Shown here: in pieces, positions 38,733-47,452 of the stretch
Layout: the number at the start of each line of letters is the position of its first letter
Position numbering within the stretch: the stretch's first letter is position 1
IMG/VR virus record: IMGVR_UViG_3300008117_008405
Length of the DNA stretch: 64,000 nt
Origin: an uncultured virus (IMG/VR IMGVR_UViG_3300008117_008405)
Lineage: Duplodnaviria; Heunggongvirae; Uroviricota; Caudoviricetes
Direction: 5' to 3' (one strand)
Translations under genes and position numbers: made by a program
Notes under the pieces: model-generated
Told to the model about the DNA's origin: nothing
Seen by the model: only the letters and a program-made list of their open reading frames with translations
The model's database searches: none

Positions 38733-39243
38733 TTTTTTTATGATCTAAAAATTTGTAGACTTATCGTGGTTATTTCTGGAGAGCATTTTTATGTTTCCTT
38801 TTCTCTCTATACTGTCTAATTTTGTCTTGATTATTTGCTTCCCATATTTTTCTTTGTTCACGAAGTTTTTCTTTATTCTTAATTCGCCATGCTAACCTTG
38901 CTTCTTCTCTTCTGATTCTACTTTTATATGGCATTACTTCTCCCTTCTTTTAATTTTTCCACAACTAATGTCACAACACAAGAAATAAAGCTGTGACATA
39001 ACAAATGTCACAGCTACACCTGTCCAAAATCCATCCCAATAACTAGACATTACGGTCACTCACAGGATTGCATGCAATACTATTAAATATATTTTTCATT
39101 TCTGTTGTCATAGAATCATACCCTAAATTAGATAGATGCCGGTTTGAATGCAGGTGTTTTATAATGTCTTCCATAATTTTTTCTTCTAATGACTTGTCCA
39201 TGTTCTACTCCAAATGCGAAAAAAACTATGAATCCAATTCGAA

Positions 39244-39435
39244 TTAAAGGTCGGAAGGCTTGCCAATTCCAGAAAAGTTGCTCATTCTTTTTGCAACTTC
39301 CGTAGCAATTGCATATTGGGGATGAGATTGTTCTTTTGTTTGGCAGGTGCCACAAATATAGTCTGAATTAAATTTGCTCATACAGCAGTCAGACATAGAT
39401 TGACGACAACGGTCACATTTCGTTGGATACGGCAT
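39244..39435 (-). CDS. small Zn-finger protein
   Basis: CDRC...MSKFN...IC..C...E..HP.Y...F.GIG.P; SD AAGGAG. Confidence 0.65.
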   Translation of the reverse strand: MPYPTKCDRCRQSMSDCCMSKFNSDYICGTCQTKEQSHPQYAIATEVAKRMSNFSGIGKPSDL

Positions 39436-39487
39436 AGAAACTCCTTTTAAAAAACACTTAGGCATAATACTATAAAAAATTACTGAA

Positions 39488-39673
39488 TCAAACCCAATCG
39501 CTGGAATAAAATCCAAAATTTTTAGATTGTTGAAGTCGTAGATTAGTATTTCTGGCTGAAAAACTTTTCCAAAGATATGAATACGGCATAAAATGATGGA
39601 AGAAACAAGCTATATTGGAACTTGCTTTTTGATGCAATATCCAGCAGCATGATTCTGCATGTAACAACCTCAT
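39488..39673 (-). CDS. micro-ORF family member (array E)
   Basis: MRLLHAESCCW...YSSDWV. Confidence 0.55.
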   Translation of the reverse strand: MRLLHAESCCWILHQKASSNIACFFHHFMPYSYLWKSFSARNTNLRLQQSKNFGFYSSDWV

Positions 39674-39900
39674 ACCCAATCGCTCCAACTGTGCTGTTCT
39701 TCAAATGAAAATTCTTTCCATACTGTAGATTCGCAAGCACCAAACACTTCACTCCAAGCTTGCCCTGTATTTCTACTAACTCTATTGAATCTACTTCCAA
39801 AAGCCAAACAACAATATTCATTAGGTCTGAATGTCACACCGAATCTTTGATTTCGGGCGAATACAGAATAAGTGTGTCTGCATGTGTAATTGAAAATCAC
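39670..39900 (-). CDS. micro-ORF family member (array E)
   Basis: GTG start overlapping the upstream TGA: MIFNYTC...HSWSDWV, 76 aa. Confidence 0.55.
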   Translation of the reverse strand: MIFNYTCRHTYSVFARNQRFGVTFRPNEYCCLAFGSRFNRVSRNTGQAWSEVFGACESTVWKEFSFEEQHSWSDWV

Positions 39901-40082
39901 GGGCTTCTCCACAACATATTGAAGCAATGACTGTCATAAATAAACGGATGACTGAATAATTGGCTTTGAGTTCTGCCGTCAAAGCTAAGTGCTCTATAAA
40001 GTTCACTATTATTTATGTCTTTGAATGAGCAAGCGTTACCTGCTGAAAAAACATCACAATTAAAATTTAAAACCTTTAACAT
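39897..40082 (-). CDS. micro-ORF family member (array E)
   Basis: MLKVLN...SHCFNMLWRSP. Confidence 0.5.
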   Translation of the reverse strand: MLKVLNFNCDVFSAGNACSFKDINNSELYRALSFDGRTQSQLFSHPFIYDSHCFNMLWRSP

Positions 40083-40389
40083 GACTTTCGTTGAAAACCT
40101 TTGATTCAGTTATGCCTGAAGGCCACCATGATCTCGGTTCGGTTGTCCAGTTCAAACTTCTTTTGACTCTTTTATCACCATACTTTGACCAATAGTAAAG
40201 TATAGTGGATCGATCAGCGTTTGGAAACCTTTCTCTTTGTCTCCATGGTGATGAATACAGAGAAGTAATAAAAACATAACTTTTGTGACTTAGATCAACA
40301 GTTCTTTTTTGTTCATTCCAACTTGTATTTAATACTGGAGGCTTGTTAGTTGTAAAACCATATACTGAAAATGGAATTTCTGACATCAC
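40060..40389 (-). CDS. passenger protein inside array E
   Basis: 109 aa ORF. Confidence 0.45.
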   Translation of the reverse strand: MMSEIPFSVYGFTTNKPPVLNTSWNEQKRTVDLSHKSYVFITSLYSSPWRQRERFPNADRSTILYYWSKYGDKRVKRSLNWTTEPRSWWPSGITESKVFNESHVKGFKF

Positions 40390-40478
40390 TCTCTCACTTT
40401 CTCTGCAACTATATATATCATACCCACTAGTACAGATACAGCGACGAGAAAAGAAAGAGTATTAATCATGGTGATCTC

Positions 40479-40682
40479 CTAAATGTTGCCAGACCAATGT
40501 CCCCAGCTGCTATTTAAATTGAACTCATCTCCCCAAGTAAAATGTCTGCTGAAAAAGTATTTGTTAGAAAAACACTCTGATTCTAATATAAAATCTCTTT
40601 CTGTCCAACAATCAGACCGATTCCAATTATTTTGGAATTGGCAAACATCACTTCGTTGGCCAACTTTAAACAACATTTTCAA
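40479..40682 (-). CDS. micro-ORF family member (array E)
   Basis: MLFKV...SDCW...SSWGHWSGNI. Confidence 0.6.
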   Translation of the reverse strand: MKMLFKVGQRSDVCQFQNNWNRSDCWTERDFILESECFSNKYFFSRHFTWGDEFNLNSSWGHWSGNI

Positions 40683-40861
40683 TTTCCAAAAGCAAAAGAA
40701 CGAGAATTAAACTGTGAGAATAGGACGCTGCCAGTTCTTTCAAAAAAAGCTATTGAAAAACTACTATGGAATTTAAAACCATATGAGTATTTATATCTTG
40801 CTAACCGTGTGCCAGAATATCTTCTTTCAAATCTGAATGATTTGCTTTCTGGGAAGAACAT
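40679..40861 (-). CDS. micro-ORF family member (array E)
   Basis: MFFPESKSF...SRSFAFGN. Confidence 0.55.
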   Translation of the reverse strand: MFFPESKSFRFERRYSGTRLARYKYSYGFKFHSSFSIAFFERTGSVLFSQFNSRSFAFGN

Positions 40862-41067
40862 AGGCTCATGAACCTCTGGTATGGAATAAACTTCTGTTCA
40901 ACGCCATGCCAAATTTCAATTTTGTCGAAGTTTTCTGCTCGGATATTTTCTTTGCTGTCAATCCAGACTTGATTTGGACAGCAGCAGCCTTTGGTCACTC
41001 TACTTTTTACACCAATCCATGCATGAAATACAGAGTATGAGTTGCATTCTAAACATTTAACTACCAT
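40801..41067 (-). CDS. small Zn-binding protein
   Basis: VKCLEC...CCCPNQVWID. Confidence 0.55.
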   Translation of the reverse strand: MVVKCLECNSYSVFHAWIGVKSRVTKGCCCPNQVWIDSKENIRAENFDKIEIWHGVEQKFIPYQRFMSLCSSQKANHSDLKEDILAHG

Positions 41068-41144
41068 CACCCAATCTCTGCTGCCCAAAATATTTCAAGA
41101 CACATTAGGAAATGTGTTTACGAAAGTCAAATAATTACATGACT

Positions 41145-41351
41145 TTATTTGGGTTTTGAATTTTCTTTTTGCCAAGCTTCAAAGGCAGCAGAAAGAGCAA
41201 GGGCTTCGTCATCAATTTTTTTCATCTGGAGTTTGTGATCCTCCAAAAGTTTTTTGAGTTCTGCGCTGGCTTTTTTCTTAGCCTCATGAAGTTGTGAAAT
41301 TTTTTGGGAAAATTCAACAAACTTGTCAGATAGTAAAAGTTCTGGGTTCAT
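41145..41351 (-). CDS. coiled-coil small protein
   Basis: MNPELLLSDKFVEFS... heptad-rich. Confidence 0.65.
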   Translation of the reverse strand: MNPELLLSDKFVEFSQKISQLHEAKKKASAELKKLLEDHKLQMKKIDDEALALSAAFEAWQKENSKPK

Positions 41352-41355
41352 AATT

Positions 41356-41883
41356 TTAAATGAGTAAAGGTTGATATTTTTCTTTAAATTGAGAAAAATC
41401 GAGGAGATCACTATAAAGCATATTCCAGCAATCTGCTTTTACTACGAAATTATTGCTGCCATCAACTTGTCCCTTTTTCAAGAATCTCGCTTCTTTCATA
41501 TATTCTTTTTTGTCGTAGTATCCCATAATATAAACAGAAATAGGAAGCAACATATCTTGTGGCCAAAGTACTCTTGTAAAAACATAATATTTACAATTTT
41601 GTTTAGTATTGAAATTGGCAATACTTGCTTCATGGTATGACTGTGGAATGACAGATGTTTTCTTGGCTTTTACATCTAAAGATATACTATTGTATGTTAT
41701 GTCATAGTTGTATGTGTTATTTCTTTGAGATTCGATTTTGAGATACGATTTTACTGCCTCTTCTCCAACAAAGCCTGTAAAGTTGCCTTTACCTCTTAGG
41801 ATAGAGTTTTTGCATTCTCCCAAAGATATGGAATCCTTGTAGGCACGAAGAACCATATCCTTGGTAAGCTTAATATTTATCAT
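41356..41883 (-). CDS. PD-(D/E)XK-like nuclease-fold phage protein
   Basis: GFVGE...YDI.....DVKAK...YVF. Confidence 0.55.
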   Translation of the reverse strand: MINIKLTKDMVLRAYKDSISLGECKNSILRGKGNFTGFVGEEAVKSYLKIESQRNNTYNYDITYNSISLDVKAKKTSVIPQSYHEASIANFNTKQNCKYYVFTRVLWPQDMLLPISVYIMGYYDKKEYMKEARFLKKGQVDGSNNFVVKADCWNMLYSDLLDFSQFKEKYQPLLI

Positions 41884-42006
41884 ATTTTTCCTCTTTGTTA
41901 CATTTTAACGGTAAAACCATTTGTAGCAAATTTATGGTTGTCGTTTTTTATTGTGTCCCGTATAAGATAAGGATGTAAATGGAGGATTGTACAAGGAGGA
42001 ATCACC

Positions 42007-43215
42007 ATGAATCGCAACAAAATTCAAAAAAAGAAAGAAAGAGAAGAAAGGCTTCGTAAACAAAAGCACTTTGAATCAGTTAGAGGTTTATATCCTCAAT
42101 TTTCATTTGTAAACGAACATATCTGTGATAGAGACTATGTAGATATTGTTAAAAAAGCTGTAAAAGATATCAACTTTCAGACCTTCAAATTCCATGATGC
42201 ACATGATGACATATATCACGAATTCTTGAAGAATATTGTCAAGTTTGGGTTCAAGCCAGCTTTTTTCATGGCAGCTGGGATAGAGGAATTTGCTCATAAA
42301 ATTTCCCGAATGGATGTAAAAAAGGGCACTCAATTCTTAATGAGTGAGGAGCCTGAAGTTGTTGAATTCAATAAAAGGGCATCCAATTTCGCAAGCCAGC
42401 ATGAAAAGTTGCTACTTGCTATTGGAGATAATATACTTTTTTCTAAAGGCAAGGATGGTCTTTTCAAGTATTGGCCAAATCAAGGTTTCAGACTGTGCTT
42501 TGTTGACAATAAAATTTGTTTTGTATTTCAAAGGATTAATAAAATAGAGTCTGATGGTAGTACATGCTATCAGTATATGATACCCAATAAAATCAAATGG
42601 CACAGTAAAGAGTACGATATGGTTTTCACTCATCATGCCATGAGCCGGATTATTCAAAGATTTTCGAATAGGGGTAAAAGTTCATATTGTAGTTTCATCT
42701 TACTTTATGAATTCTTTAATAATTTGAAATACAATCTAGCATTTCATGCTGGAGGTCGGAGATTCATTCAATTTTATTTCCCAGTATTTAGCAAACTTTT
42801 ACCAGTTGTGAAAAATATTGTAGAGAAAGAGCCTGAGTTGAAGTCGATTCATGGCAATGTTATTCCTAATACCGAAAAACGAGATGTGTATGTGAAATGC
42901 TTCTCTTCACCCATGGACTTCAAAGATAATATTGCAACCATCATCACAGCATTATTGCCGGGATATCACCCCACTCCTGAATCTTACATGTATTCGTCTC
43001 CGGGCATCAAAAACATGAAGGAAAAAGACAGGTTTAGGCACCTCTATTTTTCAGAGGTTGATATTACATCTGATGATTATGTTGATGCTTTTCAGTTTTT
43101 CCACAATAATGGAATTCAACAAGTATTCGTTGAGAAATCAGTAAAAGAAACCAACCCGTTCAGAATTCGTAATTATTTCGATAACGAAAATATGATTTAC
43201 GACAAATTAAATTAA
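42007..43215 (+). CDS. hypothetical protein
   Basis: 402 aa, SD AGGAGG; contains FTHHAMSR. Confidence 0.7.
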   Translation: MNRNKIQKKKEREERLRKQKHFESVRGLYPQFSFVNEHICDRDYVDIVKKAVKDINFQTFKFHDAHDDIYHEFLKNIVKFGFKPAFFMAAGIEEFAHKISRMDVKKGTQFLMSEEPEVVEFNKRASNFASQHEKLLLAIGDNILFSKGKDGLFKYWPNQGFRLCFVDNKICFVFQRINKIESDGSTCYQYMIPNKIKWHSKEYDMVFTHHAMSRIIQRFSNRGKSSYCSFILLYEFFNNLKYNLAFHAGGRRFIQFYFPVFSKLLPVVKNIVEKEPELKSIHGNVIPNTEKRDVYVKCFSSPMDFKDNIATIITALLPGYHPTPESYMYSSPGIKNMKEKDRFRHLYFSEVDITSDDYVDAFQFFHNNGIQQVFVEKSVKETNPFRIRNYFDNENMIYDKLN

Positions 43216-43275
43216 TTTTTTTGTTGTAAATATTGATTTTTCTTTTATGATTGCTTTCCCAACTGGAGGCAATAC

Positions 43276-43488
43276 ATGAATAATTCCAAAAATGGTCATG
43301 AAAAACTTTTCAAAGTTATCATGAATAGAAAAGTAATTTCAAAGTTTAATTATCAAGAACTCGAAGAGTTGAACTTTGCGTTAAGTGACAGAATATCTAA
43401 AGTCACAAAAAAATCAGATGATGTCAGATATGTCAAATTCATAAATAAGCTTTTGAGTAAAATACGCAAAAAGATTGAGTCGTATTAA
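43276..43488 (+). CDS. hypothetical protein
   Basis: SD GGAGG, 70 aa. Confidence 0.6.
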   Translation: MNNSKNGHEKLFKVIMNRKVISKFNYQELEELNFALSDRISKVTKKSDDVRYVKFINKLLSKIRKKIESY

Positions 43489-43489
43489 T

Positions 43490-43526
43490 AAAAAAAGGGG
43501 AAGGACAGTAGTCCTTCCCCTTTTTT
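43490..43526. terminator. bidirectional intrinsic terminator
   Basis: AAAAAAGGGGAAGGAC-AGTA-GTCCTTCCCCTTTTTT. Confidence 0.9.
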
Positions 43527-43544
43527 AGATTGTGCCCTTAGCAA

Positions 43545-43790
43545 TCAGGGGGTTACGATGAATACACCACCTGCACCATTTGAAATGTCGGTGAGTGTTT
43601 GGAAATCATCGTTGAAAGTTGCGCCGTCATTGAGTTCCCAAACCATGCGTTGTTGTAGGTCAGAAGTATTTACAACTTCGATATAACCTGTGCGCTGAGC
43701 GGAAACACCGTTGCTGACGCTTGTGTCTAGTGAGCCCTCTGTTCCTAGGTTGACTAGGCTAGGGGTCAATTTTAGTAAATAATTAGCCAT
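43545..43790 (-). CDS. 81-aa protein homologous to the C-terminal domain of RCC1 protein 26582..27901
   Basis: NY..KLTP...N.GTEG..D......S.QR.GYIE...DG.T......LTD..N....FIV shared; SD AGGAG, TAAATA at 43835-43840. Confidence 0.75.
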   Translation of the reverse strand: MANYLLKLTPSLVNLGTEGSLDTSVSNGVSAQRTGYIEVVNTSDLQQRMVWELNDGATFNDDFQTLTDISNGAGGVFIVTP

Positions 43791-43859
43791 TAAATATCTC
43801 CTTGTATAAAGACATGCATGCCATTAGGCAACATTATTTATGCAGAAAACAATCATTTT

Positions 43860-44330
43860 TCAAAACTTACTAGTTAAAATAACAGTACAGTAATTGTTAA
43901 AAACCGCAACACCAATATAATAAAAGTTATCACTTAGTAGCGTATTCCTTCCAATCGTATCAGAAAGAATGTTTCGTATTAAGTTTTCAGTATTACATTC
44001 ATGATAAGAATGTGCTGGAATTAGGTACATATTCTTGCAAAAAATGTTGTTTTTATGCAGTCTATAACTCAACTGCAATCCTTTCATATCATACATGATA
44101 CGATTAGACTTGGCCATCTCAAAAGAATATTCAGTAGCAATTTTTTCAAGGCTGCTGTTGTGTATAAATGGTATTAAACTATTCTTATTTCTGAATATGT
44201 TTAGAGATTTCTCGATGTAAATGCTGCTTGATTTGTTATCTGGATTTGGTATTATTTCTTTAGATGGACTGATAGATTTTTTTATAGCATTTAAAAAGTT
44301 AAGTATTAACATTTTAATTTTTTCTATCAT
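43860..44330 (-). CDS. degenerate CAP/SCP-like domain protein
   Basis: LN.FR...L......L...A..YS.EMA...R..LL...F..IGVA. Confidence 0.5.
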   Translation of the reverse strand: MIEKIKMLILNFLNAIKKSISPSKEIIPNPDNKSSSIYIEKSLNIFRNKNSLIPFIHNSSLEKIATEYSFEMAKSNRIMYDMKGLQLSYRLHKNNIFCKNMYLIPAHSYHECNTENLIRNILSDTIGRNTLLSDNFYYIGVAVFNNYCTVILTSKF

Positions 44331-44425
44331 TTTTGCCCCCTAATTTTTTATTTAGTCCTCTGTAGTCGCAAATATTTTTTCCCGGTATATTGTCTCAGAG
44401 AACATTAAAAACTAGGAGGAACAAT

Positions 44426-44761
44426 ATGAGTGCAAGCAGCGCAATTTTTGATGAGTTGGAATTTGGTTCGAAACCCTACAAAGAGATGTCTCTTGACATA
44501 AAAAAATGTGACTATCTAGAAAAGGCAAAGCTGGAGGTTAAAGCTTTTAAGCAGCAATTGATAAGAACTTTTGGTCAAGTTGAAAACACAAAATTTGTCA
44601 TCAGAAAGTATAAAAAAAGTGGAGTAACATTTTATGGCGTATGTCTGGTCTATAGCGTCAATGATTGGGATGCTATGAATTTTGCTTTCGGAGTGGAAGA
44701 TAGAATTCCAGATTTTTGGGACGATGAATCTTTGAAGAATTTGAAACTTAATGATTTTTAG
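44426..44761 (+). CDS. hypothetical protein
   Basis: SD AGGAGG; P..WD C-terminal motif. Confidence 0.65.
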   Translation: MSASSAIFDELEFGSKPYKEMSLDIKKCDYLEKAKLEVKAFKQQLIRTFGQVENTKFVIRKYKKSGVTFYGVCLVYSVNDWDAMNFAFGVEDRIPDFWDDESLKNLKLNDF

Positions 44762-45357
44762 ATTTTTCTTACAAATTTGTTGTTGTCCCTGACATAGTGC
44801 AACACATTTTCGTAGGGAATTCTAACAAAATCTTCGATTGCACTACCTTTGTTGATACCAGAGCAGCAGAATTTTCTTACTCTGTGACAACCATGCTCTG
44901 GCATCACGAAGTTAGCACTTGCTGGTACGCTACGATGGCCCATGTATTCCTCACCACAAGATTCCATGGCCATTGAAGCGTATTTCATAGGAATCAATAA
45001 GAATTCGGATAAGTCTTCCTTCCCCATGAAGTAAAAGCCTTTACCGCTAGTGATCTTCGCATACTTATATTTTCTAGCTGGTACATCTATGCCTTCATAA
45101 ATGTAGTGCCAATGTTTATCGCTTTTTATTTCTGCTTCCACAAATACCGTCATATCTCTATCATAAAAATATACTCGCAAGTCTGGTTGCTGAAATAATC
45201 TTCTCCCCAACTCATCTAAATCATTGCACTCTACTTTAGCCCCTTGGCTGGAAAAATAAAGTGTTGCAAATCTTTTGCCTTTTTCATCAAAAACATCGTT
45301 TCTTTCACGATTGAATTTGCCTGAGATGATTCCATTCCTAAAATATGTTGTCACCAT
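44758..45357 (-). CDS. PD-(D/E)XK nuclease-fold protein
   Basis: QPDLRV...FVEAEIK...W....VPARK. Confidence 0.5.
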   Translation of the reverse strand: MVTTYFRNGIISGKFNRERNDVFDEKGKRFATLYFSSQGAKVECNDLDELGRRLFQQPDLRVYFYDRDMTVFVEAEIKSDKHWHYIYEGIDVPARKYKYAKITSGKGFYFMGKEDLSEFLLIPMKYASMAMESCGEEYMGHRSVPASANFVMPEHGCHRVRKFCCSGINKGSAIEDFVRIPYENVLHYVRDNNKFVRKI

Positions 45358-45421
45358 TAATTCTCCAGACGATTTACTATTTTATTTCTAGCAGGCTCAA
45401 AATTCAAGAAAGGGGCACAAA

Positions 45422-45667
45422 ATGGCGAAGGGATTGAAAGGTACGACAATCAAGGCTAAGAGAATTGCTGACATGCAATCAGTTGTAAATCAATTGAAGC
45501 ATCCAGCAGCAGCTGCAAAATATAATCATGTTCGTATTCAACTTGAAGATGGAAAGGAGGTCCACTTGCTGTTTACTGATTCAGAGGTAAAAAGGGCTGT
45601 GGACCGTGCCAAGAAAAACCCGGAAGACTGCCCCAAGGCATCTCTCTTCCGTGATATATTTGATTGA
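45422..45667 (+). CDS. hypothetical phage protein
   Basis: LLFTDSEVKRAVDRAKKNPED; followed by terminator. Confidence 0.7.
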   Translation: MAKGLKGTTIKAKRIADMQSVVNQLKHPAAAAKYNHVRIQLEDGKEVHLLFTDSEVKRAVDRAKKNPEDCPKASLFRDIFD

Positions 45668-45688
45668 CCGATAAGCAATTATTTGTAC

Positions 45689-45724
45689 AATAAAGCCGAA
45701 GGATGACTTCGGCTTTATTTTTTT
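45689..45724 (+). terminator. intrinsic terminator
   Basis: AATAAAGCCGAAG-GATGA-CTTCGGCTTTATTTTTTT. Confidence 0.85.
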
Positions 45725-45735
45725 ATGGAGGACAA

Positions 45736-46026
45736 ATGACACGGACTTTGAAAAGAGGGGATATTACAGTTGATGTTGATTTAGGTTCTGCTTGGAAATT
45801 ATACGACAACCACAATATCAATAAAAGTGTAGCTTTTTATTACGGGCCTATTTTCAAGACTAAGGAGCGAGTTTTTTGGATGGAAACAGATAAAGGCGGT
45901 TTTGTAATCGATCCGTCAGCTGATTTAAAATGTATTTCAGAGGCTACGGGACTTTCTGAATATTCATTGATAAACATTCTACAAGACCCTAAAGAGAAGT
46001 ATCATAGATTGAAAATACAGAACTAA
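45736..46026 (+). CDS. hypothetical protein
   Basis: SD GGAGG before MTRTLK. Confidence 0.6.
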   Translation: MTRTLKRGDITVDVDLGSAWKLYDNHNINKSVAFYYGPIFKTKERVFWMETDKGGFVIDPSADLKCISEATGLSEYSLINILQDPKEKYHRLKIQN

Positions 46027-46058
46027 TAGACACTATATATCATTAATTAATATGAGGT

Positions 46059-47450
46059 ATGCCAATGTCTGATAATGTCCGTCTCACAGATCATGACAAA
46101 GTTTTAGCTGCTGATGAAATAGGAAATGTAAAACATCTTAAGGTCAAACTCCAGTATGGTGGTGAAAATACTGCTGTTGATGTGAGTGAAAGTAACCCCC
46201 TGCCAGTCGGTACAACCGGAGGTAATAATCTTGCAATCACCCTTGGAGACTCTCCCGCAATAGATGCATTCGGCAGGCTTAGAGTTAGTAATCCTTCATA
46301 TGTTTTTGAGAACCAGAACCAATATGATGCACAGCCATTAGTTTATAATACTGTAACTACAGGAGGTGGTGGGTCATCTCATATAGCATTAGAATCAACT
46401 GTGCAGTTATCGGTAGGGGGTACGCTCAACGATAAAGCAATTAGACAAACAAAACAATATTTTAGATATCAGCCCGGAAAGTCACATCTCATACTAGTCA
46501 CAGGTGTATTAGGGGCATCTGCTTCAGGAGTTCGTAGAAGGATCGGCTATTTCGATGATGCTGGTGGTATGTTTTTTGAGCAAATCCCAGCATCTGGAGG
46601 AAATACTGGAGTTAAAGTTGTAATCAGAACTAATTCAAGCGATCAAGGAGTTGATCAATCTGCATGGAACATCGATAAGATGGATGGTTCTGGTGCGAGT
46701 GGGATCGATTTAGATTTTACCAAAGCACAAATATTTTTAATTGATTTAGAATGGCTTGGTGTTGGTAGGGTTAGGTACGGTTTTGTAGTCAACGGCTTAA
46801 TCTATTATTGCCATGAAGTCAATAATGCAAATGTTGTTACTGCTGCTTACACGACAACTGCCAATCTGCCTCTAAGATACGAGATAGAAAATACAGCGAA
46901 CGGTGCTGCTGCAACTATGAAATGCATTTGCGGTGCTGTTGTTTCTGAAGGGGGATATGATAAAGTCGGCTATCCATTTGCAGTTGGAAAAGGTTCGACT
47001 TTTACATCTGTACAAACAAGAAGGCCTGTTTTAAGCATTAAACCCAGAACCACATTTAATAGCATTACAAATAGGATGGAATTTGATATTACTGGTGTAG
47101 AAGTTACAAGTGGAACATATACTTCTTACTATGAAATTGTTTATAATGGAACTTTGACTAATGCTTCTTTTAACAATGTTAATACGACATATAGTGGAAT
47201 GAGTTATGATACAGCTGCAAATGCTATTACTGGAGGCATCGTTATCGCAGCTGGTTATGCGGTTGCTGGTGGTCCGGGCGCTAATGCGACTGGTGGCATA
47301 ACCCAGAGGGTTGTCAAAGTTCCCTTAACCGTCAATTACGCTGGGACAGATGCAGATGTAATTTCAGTTGTTGTTACAAGCTGCGATACTCAAGACCCTC
47401 CAAGAGCAGCTAGCGTTGGAGCCGTTATCAGCTGGCAAGAACTAAGATAA
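46059..47450 (+). CDS. probable virion structural/decoration protein (beta-rich)
   Basis: NPLPV motif, DAFGRLRVSNP, F.YQPGKS, DLEWLGVG.VR.G; G/T/V-rich. Confidence 0.65.
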   Translation: MPMSDNVRLTDHDKVLAADEIGNVKHLKVKLQYGGENTAVDVSESNPLPVGTTGGNNLAITLGDSPAIDAFGRLRVSNPSYVFENQNQYDAQPLVYNTVTTGGGGSSHIALESTVQLSVGGTLNDKAIRQTKQYFRYQPGKSHLILVTGVLGASASGVRRRIGYFDDAGGMFFEQIPASGGNTGVKVVIRTNSSDQGVDQSAWNIDKMDGSGASGIDLDFTKAQIFLIDLEWLGVGRVRYGFVVNGLIYYCHEVNNANVVTAAYTTTANLPLRYEIENTANGAAATMKCICGAVVSEGGYDKVGYPFAVGKGSTFTSVQTRRPVLSIKPRTTFNSITNRMEFDITGVEVTSGTYTSYYEIVYNGTLTNASFNNVNTTYSGMSYDTAANAITGGIVIAAGYAVAGGPGANATGGITQRVVKVPLTVNYAGTDADVISVVVTSCDTQDPPRAASVGAVISWQELR

Positions 47451-47452
47451 AA

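Noticed and set aside
38985..39015. Hairpin AGCTGTGACAT...ATGTCACAGCT as an ncRNA
   Set aside because: Single short stem with no other supporting structure; could be a terminator or operator.
39543..40006. ORFs 39543..39821 and 39821..40006 as the real genes
   Set aside because: The alternative frames 39488..39673, 39670..39900 and 39897..40082 tile with exact stop/start overlaps and match the family composition.
25181..40861. Micro-ORFs as fragments of long genes under a recoded stop codon
   Set aside because: Consecutive units change frame at the overlaps and use TAA, TAG and TGA, while conserved genes elsewhere also end normally at all three stops.
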